A DNA stretch of 63,688 nucleotides, filler included, from Octopus bimaculoides (GCF_001194135.2; 10 parts of 10 records of this genome joined end to end with filler, not necessarily neighbours in it), one strand, 5' to 3'; counted from the whole stretch's first letter, positions 24,019-38,600 are shown. Numbers and translations: made by a program. Notes: a model not told the origin generated them from the sequence alone.

Positions 24019-24681
24019 AATTTTCACAGCATCATATATTCCCATTTCAAGGTTATGTTACTTTCGGAATATTTTCCCATTATGCTCCGTTTTGGCTATT
24101 TATGGAGGTACCCCAGAAACATCGCATATCTCTGGAATCCCGTGATCCGATTTCCGCGAAACATGTTTCATTTCGTCTGCATTCACATTTCAGCGGTAAA
24201 TTAATTTCGGAGGATATTCTCCTTACGTGCCGGTTTGGCTGTATTAAATTACAAACAAACACACATGCAAGCAAGCAAGCAATCGCAGGGTTTTAGCTGT
24301 ATATAGAAAGATGACATAACGTTTGCTTATGCCTAAACACCCGCTGGCTTTACAGTAATTTTTACGAACTCGGTACTTTACTGACACAAATCAGTCAATC
24401 GTGTTGACGGCATTTTAGTTAAAGTACAGCTCTAAGATACGTCTAGAGGTGCCTATCTTGAGTGTTACCCATTGATAATGCCTAAGGAGCTAGAAACATC
24501 GATCTCTGGGAATCCCATAGTGGGGCGACACTCGACAGATATGATGTTTTTACACCTTTTTACCATAAGAGAAGAAAAACTTTGTCTTCGGTGAGTGCAG
24601 TGAATTTGTCTTTAAGCAGTTTAAATATATCAGGAATATATTTTAAATCAGCTAAAGTTAGATAGAAAAATGGGGAAAGAT

Positions 24682-24762
<81 letters not shown>

Positions 24763-25225
24763 AACACACAAGCAGACAAACAGAACGTAAACACACCAGC
24801 TACCATTGGTTTCATGTTAAGCAAAGCAGGACAATATACTTGTGACTTAATAATTTTTTTAGCCGATCATATGGGGGTAAAGGTGTTCCTATTCAATTTG
24901 GGAAAACAATTATGTGAGTATATGTGTGCGTGTGTGTGTGTGTGCGTGTGTGTGTGTGTAGATAGATAGAAAGAGAGAGAGAGAGTTAGGTAGATACATG
25001 GATATATATATATATATATATATACAGACATATAAATACATATATACACATATATATGTGTGCGTGTGTATGTACATATATATATATGTATGTATGTATG
25101 TATATATATATATATATATATATATAACGTTTATATGCACATATATTCACCATAGACATTGGAAGATAAATAGACAAGTAGACAGATATGCATCTATATG
25201 TGCTTGTACATATATATGTTTATGT

Positions 25226-25272
<47 letters not shown>

Positions 25273-25364
25273 TGAGAGCACGTACGTAGTTGTGTGTGTT
25301 TGCGTGTGAACATGCACGGGTCTGTACATCCTCTACATGCAGAGATAGACACAGATACAACTAA

Positions 25365-25404
<40 letters not shown>

Positions 25405-26642
25405 GCACACACATATTCGTGTATATTTCCACGTACGTGTAAGCATATAAAGACACATATATATATATCTACTGCTCCACACACGCATGCGCATACTCAA
25501 CCTGCCCCCCCCCNNNNNNNNNNNNNNNNNNNNNNNNNNNNNNNNNNNNNNNNNNNNNNNNNNNNNNNNNNNNNNNNNNNNNNNNNNNNNNNNNNNNNNN
25601 NNNNNNNNNNNNNNNNNNNNNNNNNNNNNNNNNNNNNNNNNNNNNNNNNNNNNNNNNNNNNNNNNNNNNNNNNNNNNNNNNNNNNNNNNNNNNNNNNNNN
25701 NNNNNNNNNNNNNNNNNNNNNNNNNNNNNNNNNNNNNNNNNNNNNNNNNNNNNNNNNNNNNNNNNNNNNNNNNNNNNNNNNNNNNNNNNNNNNNNNNNNN
25801 NNNNNNNNNNNNNNNNNNNNNNNNNNNNNNNNNNNNNNNNNNNNNNNNNNNNNNNNNNNNNNNNNNNNNNNNNNNNNNNNNNNNNNNNNNNNNNNNNNNN
25901 NNNNNNNNNNNNNNNNNNNNNNNNNNNNNNNNNNNNNNNNNNNNNNNNNNNNNNNNNNNNNNNNNNNNNNNNNNNNNNNNNNNNNNNNNNNNNNNNNNNN
26001 NNNNNNNNNNNNNNNNNNNNNNNNNNNNNNNNNNNNNNNNNNNNNNNNNNNNNNNNNNNNNNNNNNNNNNNNNNNNNNNNNNNNNNNNNNNNNNNNNNNN
26101 NNNNNNNNNNNNNNNNNNNNNNNNNNNNNNNNNNNNNNNNNNNNNNNNNNNNNNNNNNNNNNNNNNNNNNNNNNNNNNNNNNNNNNNNNNNNNNNNNNNN
26201 NNNNNNNNNNNNNNNNNNNNNNNNNNNNNNNNNNNNNNNNNNNNNNNNNNNAATGAGAAGTCCCAGAACACACACACACACACACACACAAACACACACA
26301 CGCACACTCACACACACAAACTCACACACACACGCACACACGCACTTATACTCACACATGCACAGACACACACGCGAAAACACAATGAGAAGACGCAGAA
26401 CACACACACACACACACACACGTATATATACACTCATATAAATGGACACATAATCATCACGTATACACACACACTCACCTAAGCGCGCCAATATTTACAC
26501 ACGTATATACATACACATATTTAGACACACACAAACACGCACAAACACAATGAGAAGTCTCAGTAAACATGCTTGCACTCACACCACAAACACACAAACA
26601 AACACACACACAAAATCACATTAAGAAGTACCAGCACACACG

Positions 26643-26676
<34 letters not shown>

Positions 26677-27846
26677 TATGTATACACATATAAATAGATA
26701 ATTAATCACCAGATACACACAGACCTAAGTGCAACCACACCTATACACACATACACATTTAGACACACACATACACAATTTTACATATACACACACATTC
26801 TGAAATAGAATTAATTATACACACGCATTAAACATGTACTTAAACATGCATATATACATACACGCCTGAACGCACATACAATTACAAATACGCATACACG
26901 AATATGCTACCATGTATATATNNNNNNNNNNNNNNNNNNNNNNNNNNNNNNNNNNNNNNNNNNNNTTAATTAATTAANNNNNNNNNNNNNNNNNNNNNNN
27001 NNNNNNNNNNNNNNNNNNNNNTATATATATATCGATATACTTACATGTATTATATATATGATTATATACATGTTTACATACACATAAATACTCATATCAT
27101 ATGTATGTATATCTATATACACACACACGCTCATATATATGTGTGTCTGTATATATACATACATACATACATATATATACATATATATATATTCAACATA
27201 TATATGTATATATATTCGCGCACACAACACACACATACAACACACAAAAGACACACACACATATATAAGACAGTTATCTATAATCTTTAGTTATCTAGCT
27301 ACCCAATAAATTATGATAACCCCCACTGATAATAGCTTTCGTTTTTTTGTTTACCCAATTCTCACTGTCATTTTCTAATCCGCCATACTGTTCTTCCTTT
27401 GAGAAAAAATTTGATACTTTTATCCTAATTTGAAAAGTGTCTGTTAATGTTATCATGCTTGAAAACATCTTTTTGAGAACGAGATTTCATGGTTGGGATC
27501 TTGTTTTATTAACAAGGAAGATAACAGACGATACAGGAATGAATACATGTGTGTATGTGTGTGTATGTGTATGTGTGTGTGTATGTGTGTGCGTGCTTCT
27601 GTGTGTGTGCGTGTATGTGTACGTGTGCAAGCGCGCGTGCGTTGATAATCTTTATCTCAGTTGGATACTTACTCAAATATGAAGTTCTTATTCCTAGTGT
27701 TTCAGAACCTGGACTGTTGACTTTTCTGTTCAAAGCTCTCAAATGCATGGTAGGGAATCAATAAAACTTTTACTGTTAGGAAATCTTGGAAGTTTAATTA
27801 TTCTTGTCTTGATTTTTGTTTCTGCTGCCTAATTTCTCTTAATATT

Positions 27847-28411
27847 GAGGCGTAGTGGCTGTGTGGCAAGTAGCTTGCTTACCAACCACATGGTTTCGGG
27901 TTCATTCCCACTGCGTGGCACCTTGGACAAGTGTCTTCTACTAAAGCCTGGGACCGACCAAAGCCTTGTTAGTGGATTTGGTAGACTGAAGCTTAAAGTA
28001 GCCCGTCGTATATATGCATATATATACATACATATATATNNNNNNNNNNNNNNNNNNNNNNNNNNNNNNNNNNNNNNNNNNNNNNNNNNNNNNNNNNNNN
28101 NNNNNNNNNNNNNNNNNNNNNNNNNNNNNNNNNNNNNNNNNNNNNNNNNNNNNNNNNNNNNNNNNNNNNNNNNNNNNNNNNNNNNNNNNNNNNNNNNNNA
28201 TGTTTGTATGTCTGTGTTGTCCCCCCATCATCGATTGACAACCGATGGTGGTGTGTTTACGTCCCCGTAACTTAGCAGTTCGGCTAAAGAGACCGATAGA
28301 ATAAGTACTAGGCTTCCAAATAACAATCCTGGGGTCGATTTGCTCGACTAAAAGCGGTGCTTCAGCATAGCCGCAGTCAAATGACGGGAAACAAATAAAA
28401 AAGTAAAAGAA
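27847..28411 (+). mobile_element. tRNA-derived SINE family A, full length across a gap
   Basis: Same head, body, microsatellite and 3' half as the other copies. Confidence 0.9.
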
Positions 28412-28419
28412 TATATAAA

Positions 28420-28850
28420 CTTGAACTATTCTAATTCATTTTGTATAAAAATTCTTGTTCGCATGACTCCCATTGTATTGTAAATTTTTTTGCTCCTGAG
28501 GGCTTTTGATTTTAGCGCTGGATGCAAGAAAACAATCTTTATTTCTCCCTGTGCTGCTATGAACCATATTTGGCTGTGGTAATCAACGTCTTTACAGTAA
28601 CGATTAAATAAAGAGGAGATTAGCAATCCAACCTGTAGGAAGCATTGCTAAAATCATTTCATGCCACAAAGGAGTCGAGAATAAAATTCCCGTGCTCTTG
28701 CTTTTCCTGTTGCAGGTGCTGCAATCGTTCTCTTTACTGAGCATCACGAAGTACCTCAGAACGAACGGATGAATAACTTTGAAGCATCACATCCAAATCC
28801 GAAAGTAATCTATGGATGCTTTTTTCTTCAGCCTTTACTAAATAGCATAT
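28420..28850 (-). mobile_element. Possible Crypton (tyrosine-recombinase-derived) relic
   Basis: LDVMLQSYSSVRSE and YNTMGVMRTRIFIQNEL weakly resemble Crypton/DUF3504 motifs; heavily degraded. Confidence 0.25.
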
Positions 28851-29107
28851 GTTATCATTTAGTGATTAATTTTGTGAGTGAAATGAAATATGAATATTTT
28901 AATGTTAGTCTGCTCCTGAAGCTGATGATATCGTGAGATCATCTAGTATCTATTGCTAAAGGCTAATTTAAAAGGTACAGCAATAAATAATGTCTACTGC
29001 CTCAATGAAATTGAAACAAACACCAGTCAACTAATGTTCCAATACCATATCTATCACACTGCTTTACTTTCAAATTTAAACAAATGAAGGATCATCTATG
29101 TTCTTAC

Positions 29108-29158
29108 TCGACTTGCTTGAAAGAGCTCCCAATTCTCCTTCAACTCGCATCGCACCGT
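29108..29158 (-). CDS. Candidate 51-bp symmetric exon
   Basis: Acceptor ggttctatttttaag, donor CGA|gtaaga; open in phase 0 (TVRCELKENWELFQASR) and phase 1. Confidence 0.25.
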
Positions 29159-29894
29159 CTTAAAAATAGAACCACATATTAAATAATATAGCCACGGATA
29201 TCTCTGTAGACACAGGATGGTATTGCCTAGATAGCCTTTGATCATAGGCCTGTTTGATAAGGTTCTGAATCAGAAAGGCTTTTCTCAAGACAACGACAAT
29301 AAGAACAATTTCAATACTTCAATTTTCAGTGACACAAACGATTTTGTGTTTGAAAGTCTTTTATGCCGATTTAGCAATTGTTACAAAAATTGTGTATCAT
29401 ATTATTACTATGTAATTATTTATAAGTGTTTAGATGTTTTACAAGGGTTTAGATGATTTGAAGTAAGACCCAATGTTTTGTCTGATGACTTAGCAGTTAT
29501 ATTTCTTTAGGAAATGTAAATAAATGTGCCAGTTACACGAATTCACAGGACAATTCAACAAATAATCACATAGTATAGCGGTGCCCCAGAATAGCTTTTC
29601 TGTGTGTTTCTCCATATACGTATTTCTTTTTATCCTTTAGTCTGAAGACTAGGCAATGCTTATGGCCCTCCACAAGACCTCCTCGATAGGTAGGAAGGAG
29701 AGAGGAATGTACATCCAAACCGTGACCCAGTGCAAATGCTTGCTACAGAGTTGACCCTGCTAACGGTACCCTGTTTGACAAATGGTGTTCTTAAATCGTG
29801 TGACGGTTTAAATCTACTACTCATGTAGACCACAGCATTATTTCAGCACAAAAAAAACTGAAACATATACCGCAAAGCATTTGGTCTGATATTA

Positions 29895-30225
29895 CTCTTT
29901 TACTCTTTTAATCTTTTACTTGTTTCAGTCATTTAACTGCGGCCATGGTGGAGCACCGCCTTTAGTCGAGCAAATCGACTCCGGACTTATTCTTTGGAAG
30001 CCTAGTACTTATTCTATCGGTATCTTTTGCCGAACCGCTAAGTTGCGGGGACGTAAACACACCACCATCAGTTGTCAAGCGATGTTGGGGGTACAAACAC
30101 TGACACACAAATATCTACACACACATCCCTATATATATATATAGGGATCCCACCACAAGACAGATACCACTCAGTGGGCANNNNNNNNNNATATTTTTTA
30201 AAAATAAGTGCATTTTCAAACCTTC

Positions 30226-30270
<45 letters not shown>

Positions 30271-30436
30271 TACGATGGGCTTCTTTCAGTTTCCGTCTAC
30301 CAAATCCACTCACAAGGCTTTGGTCGGCCCGAGGCTATAGTAGAAGACACTTGCCCAAGGTGCCACGCAGTGGAAATGAACCCGGAACTATGTGCTTGGT
30401 AAGCAAGCTACTTACCACACAGCTACTCTTGCGCCT
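29895..30436 (-). mobile_element. tRNA-derived SINE family A, full length, with an internal insertion
   Basis: Reverse complement of the family A consensus seen in the window. Confidence 0.9.
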
Positions 30437-30444
30437 ATGATGTT

Positions 30445-30890
30445 AAAGGTCGACTTTGCTTTTTATCTTTTGGGGATCGAGAAATTAAGTACCAGTTGAA
30501 CACGTCCCTTTGTGTCTGATAATATGTGCATCTCTGATCACGAGCAGAAGTAGTGTTTGTGGTGGGGGGCATCATAGATATGTTTTGAGAGGAATTCTTT
30601 GCAATTCGAATAATTCGCGTCTAGAAACATGGGTATTTCATTCATTATCCTTAAACAACCCGCTTTCAGGGACCTTTCGAGTGGGATGGGCTACTCCGCC
30701 TGAAGAAAATTCATGCGCTGTTTATCTTGGTACACAGTCACCATGTCGTGCACATATGATTGTGATGCATGCGCCTGATGTACCCTTATCAGACGGGTAG
30801 TCATGATGGATATATTGTGCTTTGTATATTTGTACCTTAGTGTCACTTTGATGTCATACGCTGCTTTCTCACTCAATAATAATAATATTA
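30445..30890 (+). mobile_element. SINE-like element with family B core and (AAT)n tail; second copy about 42231-42590
   Basis: GTCGACTTTGC...AAGTACCAGTTG core, then a shared body (ATATGTGCATCTCTGATCA, GTACCCTTATCAGACGGGTAGTCATGATGG) ending CTCAATAATAAT in both copies. Confidence 0.75.
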
Positions 30891-32452
30891 ATGATATCGT
30901 TGGCCGAAGAAGAGATCCTAACACCGAAATATTGAAATACCAGTTTACAGTACTAATCGTTGTCTTGTATTATTAATATTTCATAGCTTATATTGTTTTG
31001 GCTTTGAAAAAATATTAATAACATTTATATAAATAAAAATTAAAATTGAACTAGACACTGTATTTCAACAAGAGTTGAAGATTGTAAACTCCAAAGACCT
31101 AGCTTAACAAATACTTGGCAACTGAATTATGGACGGTTGCCACTTTTAAGAAATGTATAATAAAATAAAAATTAAACCAATAATGATAATATCGAAATAA
31201 TTCTCAACGCTTAATAATGATGATTTCTGACATATGCACAAGGTCACAGATTATGAGAGATGGATGTAGTAGATTAAATCATTTCTGGCACTTAATAGGA
31301 GATTTATAGACATCAAAAGGATAAGAGGCACAGTTACCTGCAGGTAGAGATTGCATAATAAAAATTATTAAGCATTTACATCTCAGTATTGAAATATGAT
31401 GAAAAGAGAACAAGGAAACTTCATAATCGAAACTCGAAACGAAGTTTTCCCAATAATTTCCTAACAAAGCCATAATACACAGGAAACAAAATTAATATTA
31501 ATGTTATACACACACCCACCTAAAGCAACCCTCTTTTATTCTATTAAATATTAAAAATATTTTCAGTATCTGTTAATCGATAGCCAATACTTTCTTCCTG
31601 GAAGGATTGCTCACATCAAACAAAATGTGTTCTTATCAGTTTTCTATTAACCCTCCTGTATAACAATGTCTGATTTCGTATCAATAAATGGATCGTTGGC
31701 AATAAAAACTTTCCAAAGAAAGTCTTGCTTAACACACACACGCTCGCGCGTGCATATGTGTGTGTCCGTATGTATATGTGTGTATATACAGACATATATC
31801 ATCACACAAGAGTTTCTTTCGATCTTTCGAAAGTTTTATGAACTTAAGAATATATATACATATATAAAACGTCTCGCAGTCAGTCGAGAAAATTAGAATA
31901 AGAAAAAAATGAGATAGAGATATATCTATTGGGAAAATATGTTGCAGCTGATATTGACATAACTAAGACCACAACAGACATAATCATGAACATAGTCGGC
32001 TTCATCGTCGTCTCGTCGTCGTCGTCGTCGTCGCCGTTGTCGTCATCATCATCGTCATCATCATCGTCATCATATTGATCATAGTTAATAATATCTTTAT
32101 TTCAGTGTTTCATGTCAGAAATCTGCTCTGTATGTTTTGTGTACGTGAAGATCTCTTTCGTTTTTATTTTTCTGTCGTATATTATGTTTTCTATATAGCA
32201 TATGTGCAATGTATAGTAGTGCTATTTCCTTCATAATTCATTTAGATGGTGATATAACTTATGGTGAACATAATTTATGAATGAATTAAAATTTTACTCA
32301 TCGTTGTAAATAGAAAACAAAACAAACATCGCAAGTGGCAATTGAACGCGGATCATAAAGAAAAGAGAAGATAACGTGAATAATTAAAGAATCGATTTTA
32401 CGATTTAATCTTCATTCTTAAAACTTTGTTAGCAGGTAAGAGGACAACTGGA

Positions 32453-32483
32453 GACATGTTTCGGTAGTATCAGACCTCATCAT
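32453..32483 (-). ncRNA. Degenerate minimal hammerhead ribozyme motif
   Basis: Minus strand aTGATGA-GGTCTGATACTACC-GAAACATGTC: 3-bp GGT/ACC stem II, palindromic ACATGT stem III, GUC cleavage triplet; C3 and the 5' strand of stem I are missing. Confidence 0.55.
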
Positions 32484-32819
32484 TAAAGCATAAACACTTC
32501 AAGCCCGCTCAGTGGACAAATACTTTTACAAGAGAGCTAAGATGTGTAATTCAAGTGGGTGAACAGCATGAATTTTCACTATGTGGCATGTGTAGATAAG
32601 TCACGGTACTTGGATAATATATTTGTCTACTTCATCACTTGTTTTAGTCATTTTCTGATTTGTAGTTGTTTGCATTTCCAAATACTATCACCAACCATCA
32701 TTCACGAATGAATATCACTTCATTTCATATACCATATAACCACGTATTGACGTAGATATACCATCAACCCAATCACTTTTGACCAAGTGGAGTATCGAAG
32801 ATATGACAGCTAAGGGGAC

Positions 32820-32906
<87 letters not shown>

Positions 32907-35158
32907 GCTGCATCGGCACCTAATTCGTATTCATTAGAGCTGCGAAACCTGGATCAATATAGCTACACGAAGAGTAGAATGCGTAAATGCACGTGGCCCG
33001 AGGTCGGTTTGAACGTAAGGTTATTTGTCCGTTGATCCTCCCCAGGCTATTATATTCGGAAGCCATCTTCAAGGCCAAAGAGGTATATTGTGGTCTACTT
33101 GGATCAGAGGTCAAAGTTGCAGTCTTCTGTCAGATGAGATTATTATTAATGAGTTTTTCATTAAACCAGGTGATAAGTCGATGATACTGTCCGAAGAAGG
33201 ATGGCTGGATTTAGTCTGACGTCTACAAAGCGTTCTTGAGATCGTATGTCACATATTAGTCCAACAGAAAACAGGACTGGCATTTTACATAAACGTTAGC
33301 ATTGTGTAGATTTAGCTGCTATGGGAAGTGGGGTGTAAAGGCCTCACAAATTTTGCAGACATTTCCAACCATTTGGTGTGTGCTGACTGAATTCTCCAAA
33401 TACACTAGTGTGAGGAAAATTGAACAACATCGGGTCATCCAAAACGGGCCGGAGCAGACGACATGCTAGGTCATCGAAGAGAGAGGTGGAATCAATAGAA
33501 GGTGAATGTAATATTCTCGGAGTGCAAAACTTCCAGCGCCCAAATCGGCGAATTGACTGATGACGATAGCAATCGTCAATAACTGATGCTGGGACATTCA
33601 GAATAGGGTGCTTAGGAGGGTTGAGTGGAGCCTCAATGCATATTCAGCAAAAATAACGATACAAAGGAATAGATTATGAGTTGGAATTAGAACAGGTAAT
33701 TAGGCAATGTGTTAGCATTTACAATAACGAAAAACGTAAAGAAAAATGCTTGCGTTGACATAGGCTTTTCAGAACGAAGGTACGAAAAACATTTGGCGAG
33801 TCAATGTGGTACAGGCACGACTACAGTTATTACAGGGTTTGTGAGAATAGTTATCGACAAGTATACTTTTAAGTCCTAGTTCTATTAATAAAAATAGAAT
33901 AAAAATTTGAATATAGATTTTTCACTAGTATAGAAAATATTGCACTATATGAATGGCCACGCTCGGGACAGAATCAAGAAGTACAGCATAGAATATATTG
34001 AAGGAGTTTGGCTTACTTAATATCAACCGAAATGTAACTAACTTTCTAAATATCACATTGGATTTTTTAAGACAAGTAAGTGCTATCAAAGAGGAATGTT
34101 CGGAAACACACCTTAGTACAAATACCATAGTAGCTACAAGTGGACGAAAAAACGCACAGACTGGATACCAAGAAAGCATAAATGAAAGAGAAGACAACTA
34201 ACAAAATGTTGGACAAACTGGACCGACTAATAAAAATTGGAAACCAAGCAGCCATAGCACAATGTTTGAGAAATAATTCTGATGGTGGGGTTAGAGTCAT
34301 GGCCTAATTTAATCCATTGGTTGATGTATGTGTGTGTGGCTGCATGGACGTGTGGCTGAATGGATGTGTGGATGTATGGCTGTGTTTTAAGAAATAAAGT
34401 AAAACCGCGCATGTGTGCTTATGTTCCTGTCTCTTTGTACGTTGTTTTCTAGCGCATCTTCTCATGAAATATATAAAAATATGTATTTTAAGTCTCGTGA
34501 TTCAGCAATTATTTCTTTACATACACCTACATAACCATAAACAGAGACGTGAACCTAATCTTACATGCTCACAGACACACACAATGTGTGAACATGATCT
34601 TAAACACACACACACACACATACACACACGTGTGTATGTATAAGAAATTGTATATTTGTGCGTTGGAAGAAAAGCCTCTAAACATGTAATTTGATAAAAA
34701 GTTCCATCCATAAAACCGGATATCAAGCATAGAGTTATTACTAATATTAAAATACAACCGATTTTCAACACGTAAAACAACATATGCAAAATACATTAAA
34801 ACAATCGCATCAATAGATAACTTGATGACACAGGCAGGGATCTTAGGATGACAAGACGAATTTGCTAAAATTAATGTATATGTTTCCTCCAAACACAATA
34901 TATTTCATGTGAAAAATATAAGAAATTTAATACAATACAAATATAAAAAAAAATCTCTAATTTGCTTCCTTTCTCTAAATCTTATTCTGCGTTCAGAAGT
35001 TACTTAGTATCCCGCAAAGATTCCAAGAAACCATTTCTCAACGTTACGTCTTACCATACATCAAAATCTCACATATCTACTTCAGATTTATACTAGCTTG
35101 CCGGTCTTTTTTATTTATTTATTCATTCATTTATTTATTTATTTTTATTCATTTTTAG

Positions 35159-35261
35159 AGCTACATTAACTCTGTACCAACTACTGATGGTAACAATATA
35201 TCTTTCCAGCCGACATCTTTTAGACAGCTAAACGTCGACGAGTTGAGGACAAACCACGCAT
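35159..35261 (+). CDS. Candidate exon (phase 0/1), possibly upstream in the chitin-binding gene
   Basis: Acceptor tttttattcatttttag, donor CAT|gtatgt; the only open frame is SYINSVPTTDGNNISFQPTSFRQLNVDELRTNHA; phase matches exon 56901. Confidence 0.3.
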
Positions 35262-35449
35262 GTATGTCTTTCTACATTCTTCAGATTATCGAATCACGTA
35301 AATCAACACGCTCCATACGATTTATCAGATATTTGTGTCTCTATCGTACTGGCAAGAAACAGTGCTTAGAACAACACCTGGAAGATGTAACTTATCAAAA
35401 ACATAAGGCTATAGTTTCCTAGTTTAATTCCTCCGTTGATTAAACTACT

Positions 35450-35990
35450 TAGAATGGTGGTGGTAGAACAAACTGAAAATTCCTCAAAATCAGCTGTATA
35501 TTGGCAGTGTCTTTACAGCATCTGTTAAAATGCTTTGCCGTTAGAATAAAGCGTCAGATAGGCTTGCTTACGACTGGTCAGCCTCCGGCTGTTTGTGCTG
35601 TTCGTTTCGGATAAGACAGCCTATTTCAGGTTTCCTAATCCCCTGCTCTGGATTACTTGAGAATATATTTCTGAAAGCCCTGACAAAAATCTATTGACTC
35701 CGGTGCTGCCCCGTTCTGCCCTAGATGCCATTTTTCTGTGTTGCTACTTCTCCATATTTGAACCGTCTAAACTATTCTTGGTTGCCACTTTAGCATGTTT
35801 GTAGCTGCCACTGTATAAGCGAATACACACTCCATGTGTAAGTTAATACTCCTGGATGAGTGGGGATACATCATCAACGAAGGATTCGAAGTAATCAAGT
35901 GTTTGCACATCATAAACCATCGCATTTCGACGTCCAGAGACACAATAAGCGTTGATCTGGCTGCAGCATGCGCCCCAGCAACAACTAACC
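35450..35990 (-). mobile_element. Degenerate RTE-like endonuclease relic
   Basis: VVSCCWGACCSQINAYCVS... and RSQ*IFVR resemble the APE motifs (IISCYSP, RSQIDFILVR). Confidence 0.4.
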
Positions 35991-36611
35991 ACGTATAATG
36001 AACACACACACATATGCACACACACACACACATATACACATCTATACATGCACTCACAAACACATTCACACTCGTACTCACACCACATTCGCGCGCACAC
36101 GCAGACGCATATGAGAGAAACTACTTTCAAAAAACAAAAAAATTAGGGATTTCTCGGTGTTTGTTTCTCTGGTAAAACAAAAAAAACAATGCCAGAAAAT
36201 CAACAGGCAAAAATCACTTGATTCAAGTAGCTAACACAGGTTTATTTTTTCCTCGTTTGATCTCAAGCAACTTTTCACATATATATATTCGTATCAGATT
36301 CCATTTGAAAACTGCTAGTCTGTAGAAATCAGAGCTTACAAGGTGCGTCGGAGACACGTGGCCGTAAATGGAATGGGATGCGTTTGTAAAGGAAGCGTTC
36401 ACCTTGCAGAAAACTTCCAGTCTTTGAAATGCTCTACAAGAACAGGCGAAGAGTTTAAATGGATACTACGATAATAAGTATGATTGCGGCTAATAGAATA
36501 CGGTGGCGATGGTAGGAGAAATAAAGCGAGAAAGAATGAGAGGGTATGGAGGACCAAATTCTATGAAGACAAGCAAGTTTACACAATACGTAATATGTTC
36601 ATTCATATAAC

Positions 36612-37075
36612 TCTTTACTCTTTTACTTGTTTCAGTCATTTGACTGCGGCCATGCTGGAGCACCGCCTTTACTCGAGCAAATCGACCCCAAGACTTATTC
36701 TTTGTAAGCCTAGTACTTATTCTATCGGTCTCTTTTTGCCGAACCGCTAAGTTACGGGGACGTAAACACACCAGCATCGGTTGTCAAGCGATGTTGGGGN
36801 NNNNNNNNNNNNNNNNNNNNNNNNNNNNNNNNNNNNNNNNNNNNNNNNNNNNNNNNNNNNNNNAAACACAGACACACAAACATACACATATATATGCATA
36901 TACATATATACGACGGGCTTCTTTCAGTTTCCGTCTACCAAATTCACTCACAAGGCTTTGGTCGGCTCGAGGCTATAGTAGAAGACACTAGCCCAAGGTG
37001 CCACGCAGTGGGACTGAACCCGGAACCATGTAGTTGGTAAGCAAGCTACTTACCACACAGCCACTCCTACGCCTA
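36612..37075 (-). mobile_element. tRNA-derived SINE family A, full length, low divergence
   Basis: Near-identical to the copies at 29895 and 44075. Confidence 0.92.
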
Positions 37076-37419
37076 TATTGTACAAATAAAAAAAAATTTT
37101 GTAATGCTATATAATGTTAAATATTTTCCATCAACCATCATATTAAAGTTGGCTTTAACTATGTATATTTTATATGTGTTTTATGATTTACTTGCGACCA
37201 TGCTGGGGCACAGCCTTTACGGGCTTAGTCGAACAGATCGCCACCGGTATTTATCATTTCATGTATAGTATTAATTCTAACGCTCTCTCATGCCAAACAA
37301 CTGAGCTACGAGTATGTAGACAAACTAATACTGGGTGTCAAGCAACGGCAGGGACAAACAAAGCACGGATACACACAGACACATACATATATGTATACCT
37401 GTGTATATATTTTATCATT

Positions 37420-37745
37420 TAACCTTTTACTTGTTTCAGTCATTAGACAGCGGCCAGGCCGAGACACCGTCTTGAAGACTTTTTAGTCGAATGAATCGCC
37501 CACAGAACCTATTTTTAGCCTGGTAATTATTCTATGGATTTTTTTTTACGAACCACTAAGAAACGAAGACGTCAACACACCAACATCGATTATCAAGCGG
37601 TGATGGATGACAAACACACACACACGCGCGTGCACGCAAATAAAAACAACAACGGGCTTCTTTTAGTTTCTGTCTATCAAATTCACTCACAAGGTATTTG
37701 TCGGTCCGAGGCTATAGTAGAAGACACTTGCCGGAGGTATTGCGG
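37420..37745 (-). mobile_element. Diverged, 5'-truncated SINE family A copy
   Basis: Recognisable 3' half and part of the 5' body. Confidence 0.75.
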
Positions 37746-38066
37746 GACGTAACCACAACTGCGCTTCCATATGAGTGTGTCTGTGTTTATAGGAACATAT
37801 CCATGTTCTGTTTAAATCCTTTATTATTCTCTCTGTTCACTTATATATCATAACCTTATATAATTCGTGATTATCGCCAACAGTTGTTGAACATCTCTTG
37901 TGAAAAGTACTCATTAATATATATTGCGATTAGCCGCCGGACTGAATAAAAATCCGAAGTACGATAGTAAAACGGCAGTGGATTAAAAAAAAAAAAAAGA
38001 TATCTTTGTTACCATACGTCACCGACTACCAAGACAACACAATTTTTGTCGTAGTGTGACAAAGTA

Positions 38067-38129
<63 letters not shown>

Positions 38130-38391
38130 GAATCTATCTATCTATCTATCTATCTATCATCATGGACGGACGGTAGACACATCGGCTCCCATGTTAGTTG
38201 CATTTTTCACCTCTTAAAAGACCTATTTTGTTTTAAAATTTTGTATAAGTTGTGTATAACACAAAATACTTCGTGAACATATATTTTTCAANNNNNNNNN
38301 NNNNNNNNNNNNNNNNNNNNNNNNNNNNNNNNNNNTTAATTAATTAANNNNNNNNNNNNNNNNNNNNNNNNNNNNNNNNNNNNNNNNNNNN

Positions 38392-38449
<58 letters not shown>

Positions 38450-38568
38450 GATGAAGGGACTGAAATATCAGTAGCTAGAAAATCGACAGATCTATCAATC
38501 TAGCTACCCCCACTTTTTCCACTCTTTGTTTTATCTGCTTGGGACAGACAGGTAGACAGACAGACAGG

Positions 38569-38600
<32 letters not shown>

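Noticed and set aside
27847-27925. tRNA-like A/B boxes
   Set aside because: They are SINE heads with no complete cloverleaf, not tRNA genes.
28716-28804. Plus-strand exon candidate GAAIVLFTEHHEVPQNERMNNFEASHPNPK
   Set aside because: Weak donor, no recognisable domain, and it overlaps a probable TE relic on the other strand.
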